Made by a program: the position numbers and the translations under genes. From the NCBI GenBank assembly GCA_963750645.1, contig CAVVRO010000008.1:770238-834237 (forward strand): 64,000 nt of DNA, given 5' to 3'. Numbering within the stretch: the first letter of the stretch is position 1; each line of letters opens with the position of its first letter. This document shows, in pieces, positions 28,905-39,209 of the stretch. The notes under the pieces were generated by a model, which had not been told where the DNA came from, did not search any database, and saw only the letters and a program-made list of their open reading frames with translations. Source of the DNA: an uncultured Microthrixaceae bacterium (GTDB taxonomy: Bacteria > Actinomycetota > Acidimicrobiia > Acidimicrobiales > VFJN01).

Positions 28905-30155
28905 GTGAGTGAGTTGACCGAGATGCGGAACGTCGTCACCGGCTTCGGTGACAGGTCAGCGGCGTCCCCACACCGTGTCGTCGATCTTCGCCATGGAGTT
29001 CGCCTGGCCGACTGTGACGAGGCCGTGCCCGCGAGGTCGATCGTGTTCGTCGGCACCTACCCGCCGACGGCATGCGGGTTGGCAACGTTCACCGACAACC
29101 TCCGAGCCGCGATCGCCGCACCGGCCTCGGGTTGGACCGCCCGGGTCGTGCGCGTCCTCGATCGGGAGGAGCCAGAGGAGTCCAGCGACGTGATCGCGCA
29201 CTGGGTCACCGGTGATGCCGAGTCCCTGCGCCACGCCCTCCACCGCATCGAGCTGTTCGATGCCGTCGTGCTCCAACATGAGTACGGGCTGTTCGGGGGC
29301 GAGGACGGTGCGGACGTGCTCGACCTGGTGAGCCGACTCGACGCCCCCCTGGTTCTGGTGCTGCACACCGCATTGCAGGAACCCAGCCCGCACCAGCGGT
29401 ACGTCCTCGATCGGCTGCTCCAGGCCGCCGCCGTGGTGGTCGTGCAGAGCGAGGCGGCCCGCGATCGGATCCTCGCCGTCCACGACGCCGATCCCGATCA
29501 CGTGGTCGTCGTACCGCACGGGGCAGCCGAGAACTTCGCCGGAACGGTCCTCGGGGAGGTCTCGCGGCCCGCCGTCCTGACGTGGGGCCTCTTGAGCCCA
29601 GGCAAGGGCATCGAGCACGGGATCGCCGCCCTCGCCGGCCTCGGGTCGCGGACTCCGGAGGCGTCCTACGTCGTCGCTGGGCAGACGCACCCGAAGGTTC
29701 GAGCGCAGCACGGCGAGGAGTACCGGCGAGCGCTGCAGGCGCAGGCCCGTTCGCTCGGCGTCGCCGACCGCGTTCACTTCGAGGCTGGTTATCGCGACTG
29801 GAACTCGCTGCGAGAGCTCGTGCGCAGCGTCGACGTGGTCTTGCTGCCGTACGAGTCGCGGGACCAGGTGAGCTCGGGGGTGCTGGTCGAGGCGGTGGCC
29901 TCGGGCAAGCCGGTGGTGGCGACTCGCTTCCCGCACGCCGAGGAGCTGCTGGCCGGCGGGGCGGGCCTCCTCGTCGCTCACGGCGACGTCGATGCGATGG
30001 TCCGCGCGCTCGACCGCGTGCTCTACGAGCCAGGGCTCGCGCCCGAGATGGCGGAGGCTGCGCAGCGAGCTGCCCAGCCGCTGCTGTGGCCGGCCGTCGG
30101 CCGCGAGTACCGGGCGCTCATCAGCCGGGTGGTCGAGTCCCAGGCCGTGGCATGA
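28905..30155 (+). CDS. Glycosyltransferase family 4
   Basis: TYPPTACGLATF, QHEYGLFGG, TWGLLSPGKG, GQTHP, QVSSGVL..A.ASGKPVVAT; start uncertain. Confidence 0.9.
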   Translation: MSELTEMRNVVTGFGDRSAASPHRVVDLRHGVRLADCDEAVPARSIVFVGTYPPTACGLATFTDNLRAAIAAPASGWTARVVRVLDREEPEESSDVIAHWVTGDAESLRHALHRIELFDAVVLQHEYGLFGGEDGADVLDLVSRLDAPLVLVLHTALQEPSPHQRYVLDRLLQAAAVVVVQSEAARDRILAVHDADPDHVVVVPHGAAENFAGTVLGEVSRPAVLTWGLLSPGKGIEHGIAALAGLGSRTPEASYVVAGQTHPKVRAQHGEEYRRALQAQARSLGVADRVHFEAGYRDWNSLRELVRSVDVVLLPYESRDQVSSGVLVEAVASGKPVVATRFPHAEELLAGGAGLLVAHGDVDAMVRALDRVLYEPGLAPEMAEAAQRAAQPLLWPAVGREYRALISRVVESQAVA

Positions 30156-31213
30156 GCCGATGGCCCGACGTGTCGCTGCGGCACATCGGCCGGCTGACCG
30201 ATGACGTCGGCATCGCGGAGCACGCCCGCGCATCGGTCCCCCGGCGGGATCTGGGCTACTGCACCGACGATGCCGGCCGAGCACTGGCGGTCGCTGTCGA
30301 CCTGCCCACGGATCCAGATGCGCGTCGAGTGGCAACCGTCGCGCTCGGGTTCCTGGACGCCGCGCACGTCGGTGGGGGCCGGTTCCGGCTCCGCCTCGGC
30401 CCCGGTGGGCGATGGACCGATGACCCGCCGAGCGACGATGCCGATGGCCGGGCGCTGCTCGGCCTGGGCACCGCGGCCGCTCGCGCGCCTTGGCCTGACG
30501 TGCGCTCTGGCGCGCTCGACCTGTTCGACGAGGCCGCAGGCAAGTTCCGGTCCCGGTACCCACGGGCCGTCGCCTACGCGGTGCTCGGCGCGGTCGAGGT
30601 GCTCGCCGCCATGGCCGGCCATCCCGCGGCCACACGACTCGTGGACAACAGCGGCGACCAGCTCCTGCAGCCCGTCCACGACCGGGCCTGGCCCTGGCCC
30701 GAGCCTCGGCTCACGTACGCGAACGCCCTGCTCCCCGAGGCCGCCCTCGCCGTGGCCGTGACCACAGGCCGCGAGGATGCGGCCCGCCGGGCCCTCTCGC
30801 TGCTGGCGTGGTTGGTGCGCGAGGAGACGCTCGACGACTGGTTCAGCTTCACGCCGGTCGGCGGCCGCGGGCCATCGGACCCGAAGCCTGCCTTCGACCA
30901 GCAGCCGATCGAGGCGTCGGCCATGGCCGACGCCTGCATCCGCGCGCACCGGGTCACCGACGACCCCGGCTGGGCAGATGCCGCGGAGCGAGCAGCTCGC
31001 TGGTTCCTCGGAGACAACGACGCCGGCGTCGCCATGTTCGACCCCGTGACCGGCGGCGGCTTCGACGGGCTCGAGCCGGGCGGGGTCAACCAGAACCAAG
31101 GTGCCGAGTCGACGCTCGCCTTCGTGGCCACGATGGCGCACGTGCGCGGGCTGCACCTCGGAGTTCAGGCGGCGCGATCCTCCGCCGCTTCGGCGAGCAG
31201 GTCGAGAAGATGA
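30152..31213 (+). CDS. Glycosyltransferase-associated helical protein (stand-alone C-terminal module of long GT4 proteins; six-hairpin-like)
   Basis: LTDDVGIAEHA, GYCTDDAGRAL, WPWPEPRLTYANA, FDQQPIEA, WFLGDN, NQGAESTLA; ATGA coupling. Confidence 0.78.
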   Translation: MSRWPDVSLRHIGRLTDDVGIAEHARASVPRRDLGYCTDDAGRALAVAVDLPTDPDARRVATVALGFLDAAHVGGGRFRLRLGPGGRWTDDPPSDDADGRALLGLGTAAARAPWPDVRSGALDLFDEAAGKFRSRYPRAVAYAVLGAVEVLAAMAGHPAATRLVDNSGDQLLQPVHDRAWPWPEPRLTYANALLPEAALAVAVTTGREDAARRALSLLAWLVREETLDDWFSFTPVGGRGPSDPKPAFDQQPIEASAMADACIRAHRVTDDPGWADAAERAARWFLGDNDAGVAMFDPVTGGGFDGLEPGGVNQNQGAESTLAFVATMAHVRGLHLGVQAARSSAASASRSRR

Positions 31214-32184
31214 GGCACCGACGCGACGGCGGCACCGACGCAGCGGTCGGCGGCACCGTACGTGAGGTAGATCTCGTCGCCATCGAGGTGCGCCCCCTGC
31301 ACGAAGACGACCTCATCGACGTCTCCCGTGCGCTCCCAGTCGAGCTCGGGCTCGAGCACAGGCTCGGGGAGCCGACTCAGCAGCTGCCCGCTCGCCGAGT
31401 CGAGCAGGGCCACGTTCATCGTGTAGGCGCCGTCCGCGCGGCGTTCGTGGAAGAACAGCAGGAACCCCGCGTCGGTGCGCACGGGCGGCGCGCCAGCTCC
31501 GATGCCGAGCGCGCCGGGCGAAGGACTCAGCAGCGTGTGGCTTGCCAGCTCAGCGAGGTGGGCGTCCCAGTACTCGTCGGGTGCGTGCCACAGGTGCTCG
31601 AGGTCCTCGAAGATTGCGAGCTGCATGTCAGGGTGGATCCGGTGGATCAGCGCCACTCGACCGTCGTCGAGGGTGAACACGACCGCATCCTTGTTGGCCA
31701 TGTCGCTGGGCCCGAGCAATCGCCCGCTCGACACGTCGAGCTCGAAGCGCTCATCTCGCCAGCGCAGGCGGTGAGCACCGATGCGCCACGGCCCGGTGCC
31801 GGACATGGGCAGGTGCGTGTAGGTCATCACGAGGTGCGGATCGCCCGCGTGGTGCACCCACTGCACGCGAGGATCTTCGACGCACTCCATGCCCCCGACC
31901 CCGGCGGCAGCGAGGACATAGCCGTAGTCGTAGTCATGCCCGTCGATCGACGTGAGCACGACGATGTCGGACACGTAGTCGACGAAGCGCGGGCCGGTCC
32001 CATCCCCCGCGCGGTAACCATCTCGCACCGCGCGCACGAAGAGGTGGTAGGCGCCCGCGTGATGAAGGACACCCGCGTTGAAGAGCGCCCCATAGCCAGC
32101 GACCGCGTCGGCCTCGACGATGGGGCGGGCGCGCAACCTGCGCACGGGCGGCGATTCGCTGGATCTGGCCGTTGCGTCGGGCAC
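31165..32184 (-). CDS. Glycoside hydrolase/phosphorylase family 130-like protein
   Basis: FNAG, EDPR, NKDAV, HRI, GAGAPP, EPELDWERTGDVDEVVF, YGAAD. Confidence 0.85.
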   Translation of the reverse strand: MPDATARSSESPPVRRLRARPIVEADAVAGYGALFNAGVLHHAGAYHLFVRAVRDGYRAGDGTGPRFVDYVSDIVVLTSIDGHDYDYGYVLAAAGVGGMECVEDPRVQWVHHAGDPHLVMTYTHLPMSGTGPWRIGAHRLRWRDERFELDVSSGRLLGPSDMANKDAVVFTLDDGRVALIHRIHPDMQLAIFEDLEHLWHAPDEYWDAHLAELASHTLLSPSPGALGIGAGAPPVRTDAGFLLFFHERRADGAYTMNVALLDSASGQLLSRLPEPVLEPELDWERTGDVDEVVFVQGAHLDGDEIYLTYGAADRCVGAAVASVPHLLDLLAEAAEDRAA

Positions 32185-32270
32185 AGCGCTCCCTCGAGGC
32201 GTTGCGGCGATGTCCCACCTCGTATCGTCACGATGAGAGCACGCCTGTACCCGATTGGTGGTGGATCCCT

Positions 32271-33266
32271 GTGAACAGTCCTGCCGATCCCCGCGAGCTG
32301 TTCCGCCGGTCCTCGGAGAACCCGATCCTGCGCCCGCAGGACTTCCCGAAGATGGTCAACGCCGTGTTCAACCCCGGCGTCACCGTGCTCGACGGCCGGA
32401 CCCTCCTGCTCATGCGAGTCGAGTACCGGACGGGTCTGTCATCGCTCGTCGTCGCCACCAGCGATGACGGTGTCACGAACTGGGAGATCGATCCCGCGCT
32501 CGGTCTGCATCCGCTGGAGGACAGCTTCGAGGAGCACTGGGGCATCGAGGACCCGCGCATCACCAAGGTGGGCGACGAGTACTTCGTCGTGTACGTGGGG
32601 TACTCCGCCGCCGGCCCCCTGGTCCTGCTGGCCACGACGCGCGACTTCGTGCATTGGGAGCGCAAGGGCGTGCTCATGTCTCCTGAAGACAAGGATGCCG
32701 CGCTGTTCCCGACCACGTTCGCGGGTCGCTGGGCGCTCATCCACCGGCCAGCCCCGTCGATCGGCGGGCTCGGCGCCCACATGTGGCTCTCGTACAGCCC
32801 CGACCTGCGCCACTGGGGCGACTCGCGGGTCCTGGTTCCGGCGCGGCGCGGCGGATGGTGGGACGCCAACAAGGTGGGGGTCGGCCCACCACCGCTGCTG
32901 ACCGAGCAGGGTTGGCTGGTCTGCTACCACGGCGTGCGGGTCACCGCGTCGGGGTCGATCTACCGGCTCGGGCTCGCGCTGCTCGACCGGGACGACCCCT
33001 CGAAGGTGCTGGCCCGAGGCAACGAGTGGGTCTTCGGTCCGCACGAGAGCTACGAGCGCGGCGGTGACGTGCCCGATGTGGTGTTCCCGTGCGGGTGGGT
33101 CCTTCGCGAGGACGGGGACACCCTGCACATGTACTACGGCGCCGCGGACTCGGTGGTGTGCCTCGCCGAGGCGAGCCTGGCGACCCTGCTCGCTCACCTC
33201 GAGGAGCATCCGTGCTCCCAGGTGTCCAACGGGATCCCCCCGATGGGCGAGATCCGGCCACGATGA
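32271..33266 (+). CDS. Glycoside hydrolase/phosphorylase family 130 protein
   Basis: VNAVFNPG, GIEDPRIT, EDKDAALFP, HRP, KVGVGPPP, YHGV, GDVPDVVFPCG, YYGAAD. Confidence 0.9.
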   Translation: MNSPADPRELFRRSSENPILRPQDFPKMVNAVFNPGVTVLDGRTLLLMRVEYRTGLSSLVVATSDDGVTNWEIDPALGLHPLEDSFEEHWGIEDPRITKVGDEYFVVYVGYSAAGPLVLLATTRDFVHWERKGVLMSPEDKDAALFPTTFAGRWALIHRPAPSIGGLGAHMWLSYSPDLRHWGDSRVLVPARRGGWWDANKVGVGPPPLLTEQGWLVCYHGVRVTASGSIYRLGLALLDRDDPSKVLARGNEWVFGPHESYERGGDVPDVVFPCGWVLREDGDTLHMYYGAADSVVCLAEASLATLLAHLEEHPCSQVSNGIPPMGEIRPR

Positions 33267-34285
33267 CGCGGGTGGCGATGCTCGCGCCCATCGCCTGGCC
33301 CACCCCGCCTCGCGGCTACGGACCATGGGAGCAGGTCGTCGCCACGCTGACCGACGCGCTCATCGATCTCGGTGCCGAGGTCACCCTGTACGCCACCGGC
33401 GACTCGAGGACCCGTGCCGAGCTGCGCTCCGTGGTGGCCCATGGCTACGAGGAGGACGGGAGCTACGACGTCAAGGTGCACGAGGCACTCCACATCGCCA
33501 GGGTGTTCGAGGAGGCGGGCGACCACGACGTCATCCACAACCACTTCGACTTCCTCCCGCTGGCCTGGAGCCGGCTCGTCGACACGCCGCTGGTCACGAC
33601 GATCCACGGATTCTCCAGCGATCGGATCCTGCCCGCCTACCGCGCCTACGACGACCGCGTCCACTACGTGGCCATCAGCGACGCCGACCGCCACGGCGAC
33701 CTGACGTATGCGGCCACGATCCACAACGGCATCGACCTCGACGCGTTCCCGTTCGTCGCCCGGCCCGACCCCGACGGCCACATCGTGTGCTTCGGTCGGA
33801 TCCATCCCGACAAGGGCTCCGCCGAGGCCATCGACATCGCTCGCGCCGCGGGCCGACGGATACAGCTCGCGGGCATCATCCACGATCACGAGTACTTCGA
33901 CGCCGAGGTCCGTCCCCGACTCGGTCCCGACGCGGAGTACCTCGGTGCGGTGGAAGGGTCCGAGCGAGCCCGAGTCCTCGGGTCGGCAGCCGCGCTCGTG
34001 CACCCCATCGCGTTCGCGGAGCCGTTCGGGCTGTCGGTCGTCGAGGCCCTGGCAACGGGGACCCCGGTCGTCACCTACCCGCGGGGCGCCATGGCTGAGC
34101 TGGTCCGGCCCGACGTCAACGGCTTCCTTCCCGCTGGCCGCGACGAGGCCGCCGCCGCGCTCGACAAGATCGAGATGATCGACCGCGCCGCATGCCGCGC
34201 GGATGCGGAAGCCCGGTTCTCCGCTCGTCGCATGGCCACCGACTACCTCGCCCTCTACGAGCGGATCCTCATGACCGGGCCGTGA
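33263..34285 (+). CDS. Glycosyltransferase family 4
   Basis: APIAWPTPPRGYGPWE, GRIHPDKG, EPFGLSVVEALATGTPV; ATGA coupling. Confidence 0.92.
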   Translation: MTRVAMLAPIAWPTPPRGYGPWEQVVATLTDALIDLGAEVTLYATGDSRTRAELRSVVAHGYEEDGSYDVKVHEALHIARVFEEAGDHDVIHNHFDFLPLAWSRLVDTPLVTTIHGFSSDRILPAYRAYDDRVHYVAISDADRHGDLTYAATIHNGIDLDAFPFVARPDPDGHIVCFGRIHPDKGSAEAIDIARAAGRRIQLAGIIHDHEYFDAEVRPRLGPDAEYLGAVEGSERARVLGSAAALVHPIAFAEPFGLSVVEALATGTPVVTYPRGAMAELVRPDVNGFLPAGRDEAAAALDKIEMIDRAACRADAEARFSARRMATDYLALYERILMTGP

Positions 34286-34300
34286 GCGCGACCGAGCTCG

Positions 34301-35713
34301 TCAGCCGCTCACGCTCGGATCGGGTTCCTCGGCAGCAGGCTCGAGCGGACCCTGGTCGAGTCGGAACGGCGGGTAGCGATCCGTCATCAGGGCCACGTAG
34401 GGGATCACCCGGTACACCCACCGGTTGAGGCCCATCACGAAGTCGAAGAGGCCCCGCGGGTAGCGGCCGACGAACAGCAGCACGACGGCGGCGACGATGA
34501 CGAGCCAGGTGATGAGGCCTGGCGTGCCGGCCGTGTCGCCGCTCGTCCACCAGCCGCCACCTCCGAGGAAGATCGCGAGGACCACGTAGTGCGGGATCGC
34601 CAGCAGCCACCCCTTCACGAGCACCAGCCCCCGCGACAGGTGCTCGGGGTAGGCGATCTCCAGCCTCGCGGGGTAGTCGGGCTGTGCGTCGAGGGTGAAG
34701 GGCGGGTAGCGGTCGGTGCCGAAGGCGCCGATCGAGTAGAAGGCGACCCGCCAGGTCCAGCGCAGCACCCCGACGTTGAAGTCGAAGAGCGCGCGTGGGT
34801 ACCGACCGGTGATCAGGATGGCGAACCACGCGATGAACGTGAGCACCGCGAACGCCACCCAGAGCAGAGCGAGGATCACGAAGTGCGGGATCAGGAGGAT
34901 CCACTTCACCAGCCAGAGCCAGCGACTCAAGCCCTCGTCGAGGTGGCCTTCGAGGCGCACCGGTTCGGGACCCGGCGCCACGGCCTCGACGGGGCGGGTG
35001 AGGCCGGTTGCGCCGATCACCAGCAGGACGGTGCCCAGGATCGCGAGGAAGGCGGCAGCGACCAGCAGGCCGATCCCCACGGGGAGCAGCCAGTCCGCCT
35101 TGACCCCGACGGCGGCATCGAGGGACACGCCCGCCGAGCCGTCGGCGTTCATGACGACGACCGCCCACTGACCCGACTCCAGCTCCCACTCCAGCGTCTG
35201 GTCGCCGGAGCCTTCGGCGCTGGCGGCCCAGAAGTCCTCGTCGCCGGGCGGCCCCGCCGGTTCGCCGCCCTCCACGAAGTCGTAGGTGACCCGGAACGGA
35301 TGGTTGTCGATGTCGTCGATCTCGGCGTGGGCGACTCCTTCGAGGTAGCGGTCGACGTCGTCTTCCGGCCCGATCCCCACGAAGATGGGCGCTTCCGTCT
35401 GCGGGTCGACCGTCAGCCGGACGGTGGCCAGGTCGCCGAGGTCGAAGCGGCGCTCGCGCCCGCCGGGCCGCACGCCGAGATCGATCTTCTCGGACGTGAT
35501 GGCATAGGCCACGGTCTCCAGGCGCCCGCCGTCACTGGTGAAGAAGCCGTCCGCGTCTCGCTGGGTGGTGTGCGCCCAGACGACGACCGAGCCGGCGATG
35601 CCCAGCGCCAGCGCCGGCACGATGAGCAGCGCCCCGATCACGGCGAGGACGATCCGCCCGACGGAGGGCCCGTGGTGGGCAGGGGGAGATCCAGGGGCGG
35701 TGGGCAGCGTCAT
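34301..35713 (-). CDS. DUF4389 domain membrane protein
   Basis: Two repeats [16 protein letters not shown]...[14 protein letters not shown] and [17 protein letters not shown]...[14 protein letters not shown]. Confidence 0.85.
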   Translation of the reverse strand: MTLPTAPGSPPAHHGPSVGRIVLAVIGALLIVPALALGIAGSVVVWAHTTQRDADGFFTSDGGRLETVAYAITSEKIDLGVRPGGRERRFDLGDLATVRLTVDPQTEAPIFVGIGPEDDVDRYLEGVAHAEIDDIDNHPFRVTYDFVEGGEPAGPPGDEDFWAASAEGSGDQTLEWELESGQWAVVVMNADGSAGVSLDAAVGVKADWLLPVGIGLLVAAAFLAILGTVLLVIGATGLTRPVEAVAPGPEPVRLEGHLDEGLSRWLWLVKWILLIPHFVILALLWVAFAVLTFIAWFAILITGRYPRALFDFNVGVLRWTWRVAFYSIGAFGTDRYPPFTLDAQPDYPARLEIAYPEHLSRGLVLVKGWLLAIPHYVVLAIFLGGGGWWTSGDTAGTPGLITWLVIVAAVVLLFVGRYPRGLFDFVMGLNRWVYRVIPYVALMTDRYPPFRLDQGPLEPAAEEPDPSVSG

Positions 35714-35763
35714 GGAGCCTCCTCGAGGAGCCGGACGCCCACACCGTAGGGCCCCGAGCGGGC

Positions 35764-37173
35764 TCAGGCCGCGAGTCGGCAGCCGTCGCGGAGCAGCAGC
35801 TCGTGCGGGCCGTACCGCGCGACCGGTCGGTAGCCCTCGAGCGACGCGTGGAGGCCCGGGAGCCCCTCGAGACGGCCCGACCACACGAGGACCGCGCAGA
35901 CACCGGGCTCCCGCGCCGCGGACGCGACCTCTGCAGTCGTGAGCCCGCCGGCGTCGATGCGAACGTGCGACGTGTCGACGAGCCACCCGGGGCTGGCTCG
36001 GTCGGCCAGCCAGCTCAGCGTCGGCTCATCGGAGATGACCAGGCCGTCGTCGGGCTCGATCCTGCGGAGGGTGTCGACCATGGCCAGCTGCAGCGGTGTG
36101 GCGCGGGGTTGGCTCAACCGCCAGTCCGCACGTTCGCCGTGCGCGGCGACGAGCACGACCACCACCGCGACGATGACCACCACCGGGGGACGATGCCGAG
36201 CGGCGAGCACGGCCACTGGTACGACGAGCATGGTGAGGTGCTGGGTCCAGAGGGGCGCGTGGATGAGGACGACGACGATCGACGCCGCCGTCCAGAGCCA
36301 CAGCGCGACCGTCACGTCGCGGCGGCCGGTGGGGTCCTCGCGCCCACGCCGCGCCGCGCGGACGAGCCCGGTCACCGCACCCGCCGCGGCCATGGCGACG
36401 AGGAGCCGGTCCTTGCGCCACACGGTCTCCCGCAGGAGGGCGAGGCGGTCGCCCAGGTCGACGCCGGCGTGACGGGCCTCCAGGTGCAGCCGAACGGACT
36501 GGTCCCACACCTCGGAGAGCCCCCACGGCAGGGACGCGACCAGGACGACGGCAGCCGCGCCCACCACGGCGCCGACGACCGCGCGAGGCCCGCCGCGCCG
36601 CCCGAGGAGCCAGAGCACCGCCAGCAGCGCCGGGGCGGCCATGAGGCTCTTCACCCCGATCGCCAGGCCGATCAGGACCACCGACGCGATCGACCACCCC
36701 CGTTGCGCTGAGGTCGCGGCGAGCACGGCACCCGCCGCCAGGGCCGCCACGACCGCGTCTGACTCGATCCGCACGGTGGAGAACAGGAGGAGTCCGCTCG
36801 TGGCGACGAGCCCGGCCGCGAGGGCGGCGCTCACGGCGTCGCCGGTGCGGCGACCCAAGCTGTGCGCGATGACGACGAGCGCGAGGCCGGCCACCATCGG
36901 GACCAGACGGGCGGCCCACGGCGTGCCGAAGCCGAGCAGGTCGCCGAGGCGCAGGAGCGGCAGGAACACCGGGCCCTGGCTGGAGTACACGTCCCGGAAC
37001 GGCGCACCGCCCTCGCGCATCGCCAGCACGGAGGAGAGGTAGACCCCGTCGTCGTAGCCGATGACGGCTCGGGTGGACGCTCGCGGGAGCCAGAGCAGTG
37101 CGGCGACCGCCACCGCAGCCCAGAGGCCGACGTGCGACCCCAGCGACGTCGAACGGGCGCTTCCCTGGATCAG
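35764..37173 (-). CDS. GT-C fold membrane glycosyltransferase (ArnT/GT39-like); start uncertain
   Basis: YDDGVY acidic loop after the first [13 protein letters not shown], many TM helices; abuts the apbE stop. Confidence 0.7.
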   Translation of the reverse strand: MIQGSARSTSLGSHVGLWAAVAVAALLWLPRASTRAVIGYDDGVYLSSVLAMREGGAPFRDVYSSQGPVFLPLLRLGDLLGFGTPWAARLVPMVAGLALVVIAHSLGRRTGDAVSAALAAGLVATSGLLLFSTVRIESDAVVAALAAGAVLAATSAQRGWSIASVVLIGLAIGVKSLMAAPALLAVLWLLGRRGGPRAVVGAVVGAAAVVLVASLPWGLSEVWDQSVRLHLEARHAGVDLGDRLALLRETVWRKDRLLVAMAAAGAVTGLVRAARRGREDPTGRRDVTVALWLWTAASIVVVLIHAPLWTQHLTMLVVPVAVLAARHRPPVVVIVAVVVVLVAAHGERADWRLSQPRATPLQLAMVDTLRRIEPDDGLVISDEPTLSWLADRASPGWLVDTSHVRIDAGGLTTAEVASAAREPGVCAVLVWSGRLEGLPGLHASLEGYRPVARYGPHELLLRDGCRLAA

Positions 37174-37967
37174 TCGCTCCGGTGTGCCAGGGCGCCGTCG
37201 AGGCCCGACGACCAGTGGGCTCGCTCGTCGTGCGTGACCAGGAAGGCGGAGTAGCCGACCTGCTGCTCGATCCACTCGAGTCCCGCGAGGCCCATCACGA
37301 AGACCGCGGTGGCATACGCATCGGCGACGGCCAGATCGGGTCCCACCACCGTCGCGCTGGCGAGCACGGTCGTCGGCTGGCCCGTCGAGGGGTCGATGAT
37401 GTGTGCGCCTCGCTCGTAGGTCGCCGAGGTGGCGACGCCACAAGGGCCGGCCAGCTCGAGCGTCGCGGCCTGCCGGTCCGCACGGTCTGGGTGGCGGATG
37501 CCCACGCGCCAGGTGGCTCTGGGCATCGGCGCACCACGCAGGAGGACGTCCCCACCCGCGTTGATGCAGAACGTGGTGGCACCACCATCTTCGAGGATGC
37601 GGGCGGCGAGCTCGATGGACCAGCCTTTCACGTAGCCCGACGGGTCGAGCGTGCTGTCGCTTCGCTCGGTCAGGTCGAAGGCGTCGAAGGCGCCGTTGGT
37701 GATCGACGTCAGCTCCACACATCGCCGCAGGACGTCGCGCACCTGATCCTCGACGTCCTCCAGGGCGATCTCACCTCGTCCGAGCCGGTTGATCTGGCTG
37801 TCGTACCGGTACGTGCTGAAGGTGTCGTCGACGTGGTGAAGCCAGTGGACGGCCTCACCGAGGCTCGCCGGATCCGGGAGCGGATCGAGGATCTCGAAGC
37901 TGATCGCCGTCCCCATCACCTGTTCGACGTGACGCAGTGCGGGCGGGACTGCGCCGGTCGAGCTCAC
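37170..37967 (-). CDS. apbE: FAD:protein FMN transferase (ApbE family), module 1
   Basis: VMGT, FSTYRYDS, DPSGYVKGW, INAGGD, ATSATYERGAHIIDP, ADAYATA. Confidence 0.92.
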   Translation of the reverse strand: MSSTGAVPPALRHVEQVMGTAISFEILDPLPDPASLGEAVHWLHHVDDTFSTYRYDSQINRLGRGEIALEDVEDQVRDVLRRCVELTSITNGAFDAFDLTERSDSTLDPSGYVKGWSIELAARILEDGGATTFCINAGGDVLLRGAPMPRATWRVGIRHPDRADRQAATLELAGPCGVATSATYERGAHIIDPSTGQPTTVLASATVVGPDLAVADAYATAVFVMGLAGLEWIEQQVGYSAFLVTHDERAHWSSGLDGALAHRSD

Positions 37968-38620
37968 GCGATCGACACGCCCTCAGCGCGGGCCGAGTCG
38001 AGGGCGGCCTGCAGCGACTGCCGGTACCCCTGGCTGGTGTAGGTGGCGCCGGAGACGGTGTCCACGTTGGCATCCTGGGCGCCGAGGACCTCCGTGCGCA
38101 GCTCCGGGAGCGCTCGGGCGTTGATGCTCCGACTCCGACCGTCGCCATCGGGGTAGGCGATGACGGCGACGTCGGTGATCGTGCCGTTGGCGATCTGGGC
38201 CTGGACCTGGACGGGGCCGTAGCGGGTCTGGACGAGCGCCCCGTCGAAGGGCTGCACGGTGGCCTGCGCAGGCGCAGGCGCCGCGGTGACGCTCCCGGAC
38301 GCGGTGGCCGGCGCCGTCGGCATCGGCGTCGGGAGGGAGGCGAGTGCATGGCTGGTCGCCTGGGCGGCGTCGAGGGTGGCGAGCAGGGCTCCGAGCCCGC
38401 CGGTCGTGACCACCGTGAGCGCGAGCGCGCCCGCCCGGGCACCAGCAGCGGGGTGACGACGGCGCCCGGCCGGCCGTGACGGCGACGAGGACCGGGCGCC
38501 AGGGATGTCCGTGGTGGGCTGGCGGCGCTGCTGGAGACGGGCGAGCCGTTCGGCCAGCTGCGCATCGGTGGGCGCGCCGGGCGGCGGCGGGATGGCGCCG
38601 GGGGGCGGCGGAAGGGTCAT
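37964..38620 (-). CDS. Membrane-anchored FMN-binding (flavinylated) protein
   Basis: TM anchor, Pro/Thr/Ala linker, TRYGPVQV...VDTVSGATYTS flavinylation motif. Confidence 0.9.
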   Translation of the reverse strand: MTLPPPPGAIPPPPGAPTDAQLAERLARLQQRRQPTTDIPGARSSSPSRPAGRRRHPAAGARAGALALTVVTTGGLGALLATLDAAQATSHALASLPTPMPTAPATASGSVTAAPAPAQATVQPFDGALVQTRYGPVQVQAQIANGTITDVAVIAYPDGDGRSRSINARALPELRTEVLGAQDANVDTVSGATYTSQGYRQSLQAALDSARAEGVSIA

Positions 38621-38660
38621 GTCGCCACTGTCGCCCGGGCAGCTCAGTGGGAGGTTGGCG

Positions 38661-39209
38661 CTACCTGTGCCCAGGCTGTGAATCCTGAACCCACCTCAGG
38701 ACGACGCCCAGGATCCGCACCGCCAGGGCGTAGACCGCCAGCGCGATGCAGCCGACGAGACCCGCCTGGAACCCGAGCCCGGCACGATCGCTGCCCGACT
38801 GGTAGCCGTGCAGGACGGCCAGCACCACGGCCGCGACCGAGCTCAGGTGGACGATGCGCCACGGTGTCGGACGCAAGCGCTTCGTGGGCCATGAGGTGAA
38901 CACGACTGCGGCGAGCAGGTACGCCGCGAGGACGCCCCAGGTGATGGCGAACGAGCTGGCACCGGGGACCACCAGCTGCACGACGTCGATGTCGCTGTTG
39001 GCGTCGAGGTAGGCCGCGGCCATGTGCACGCCGGTCATGGCGAGCGCCAGGCCCCCCAGCCAGTTGTGGAGGTCCAGCCACCAAGCGGGCGACCGGCGGA
39101 CGCCGGTGTTCCGCGACGAGAAGAAGAAGCCCCCGACGAGGGCCGCGATCACCAGCACCGTCGCAACGATGCCCGTGGCGCGGCTTGCGTACCACCAGAA
39201 CTGGTTCAC
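38661..39209 (-). CDS. Ferric reductase-like transmembrane (MsrQ-like cytochrome b) protein, module 1
   Basis: WYASRATG; His residues in LDLHNWL, GVH, WRIVH, VLHG; no cytosolic FAD/NAD domain. Confidence 0.85.
   Translation of the reverse strand: MNQFWWYASRATGIVATVLVIAALVGGFFFSSRNTGVRRSPAWWLDLHNWLGGLALAMTGVHMAAAYLDANSDIDVVQLVVPGASSFAITWGVLAAYLLAAVVFTSWPTKRLRPTPWRIVHLSSVAAVVLAVLHGYQSGSDRAGLGFQAGLVGCIALAVYALAVRILGVVLRWVQDSQPGHR
38664..38681 (-). promoter_or_regulatory. Tandem OmpR/PhoP-type box TCACAGC-N4-GCACAGG
   Basis: 11-bp-period direct repeat 44 nt upstream of the FMN-binding gene ATG (38620), the same spacing as at 14299. Confidence 0.65.

Noticed and set aside
32202-32216. GGGACATCGCCGCA as a further DosR-like box between the GH130 genes
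   Set aside because: Right half-site matches poorly; could be chance in GC-rich DNA
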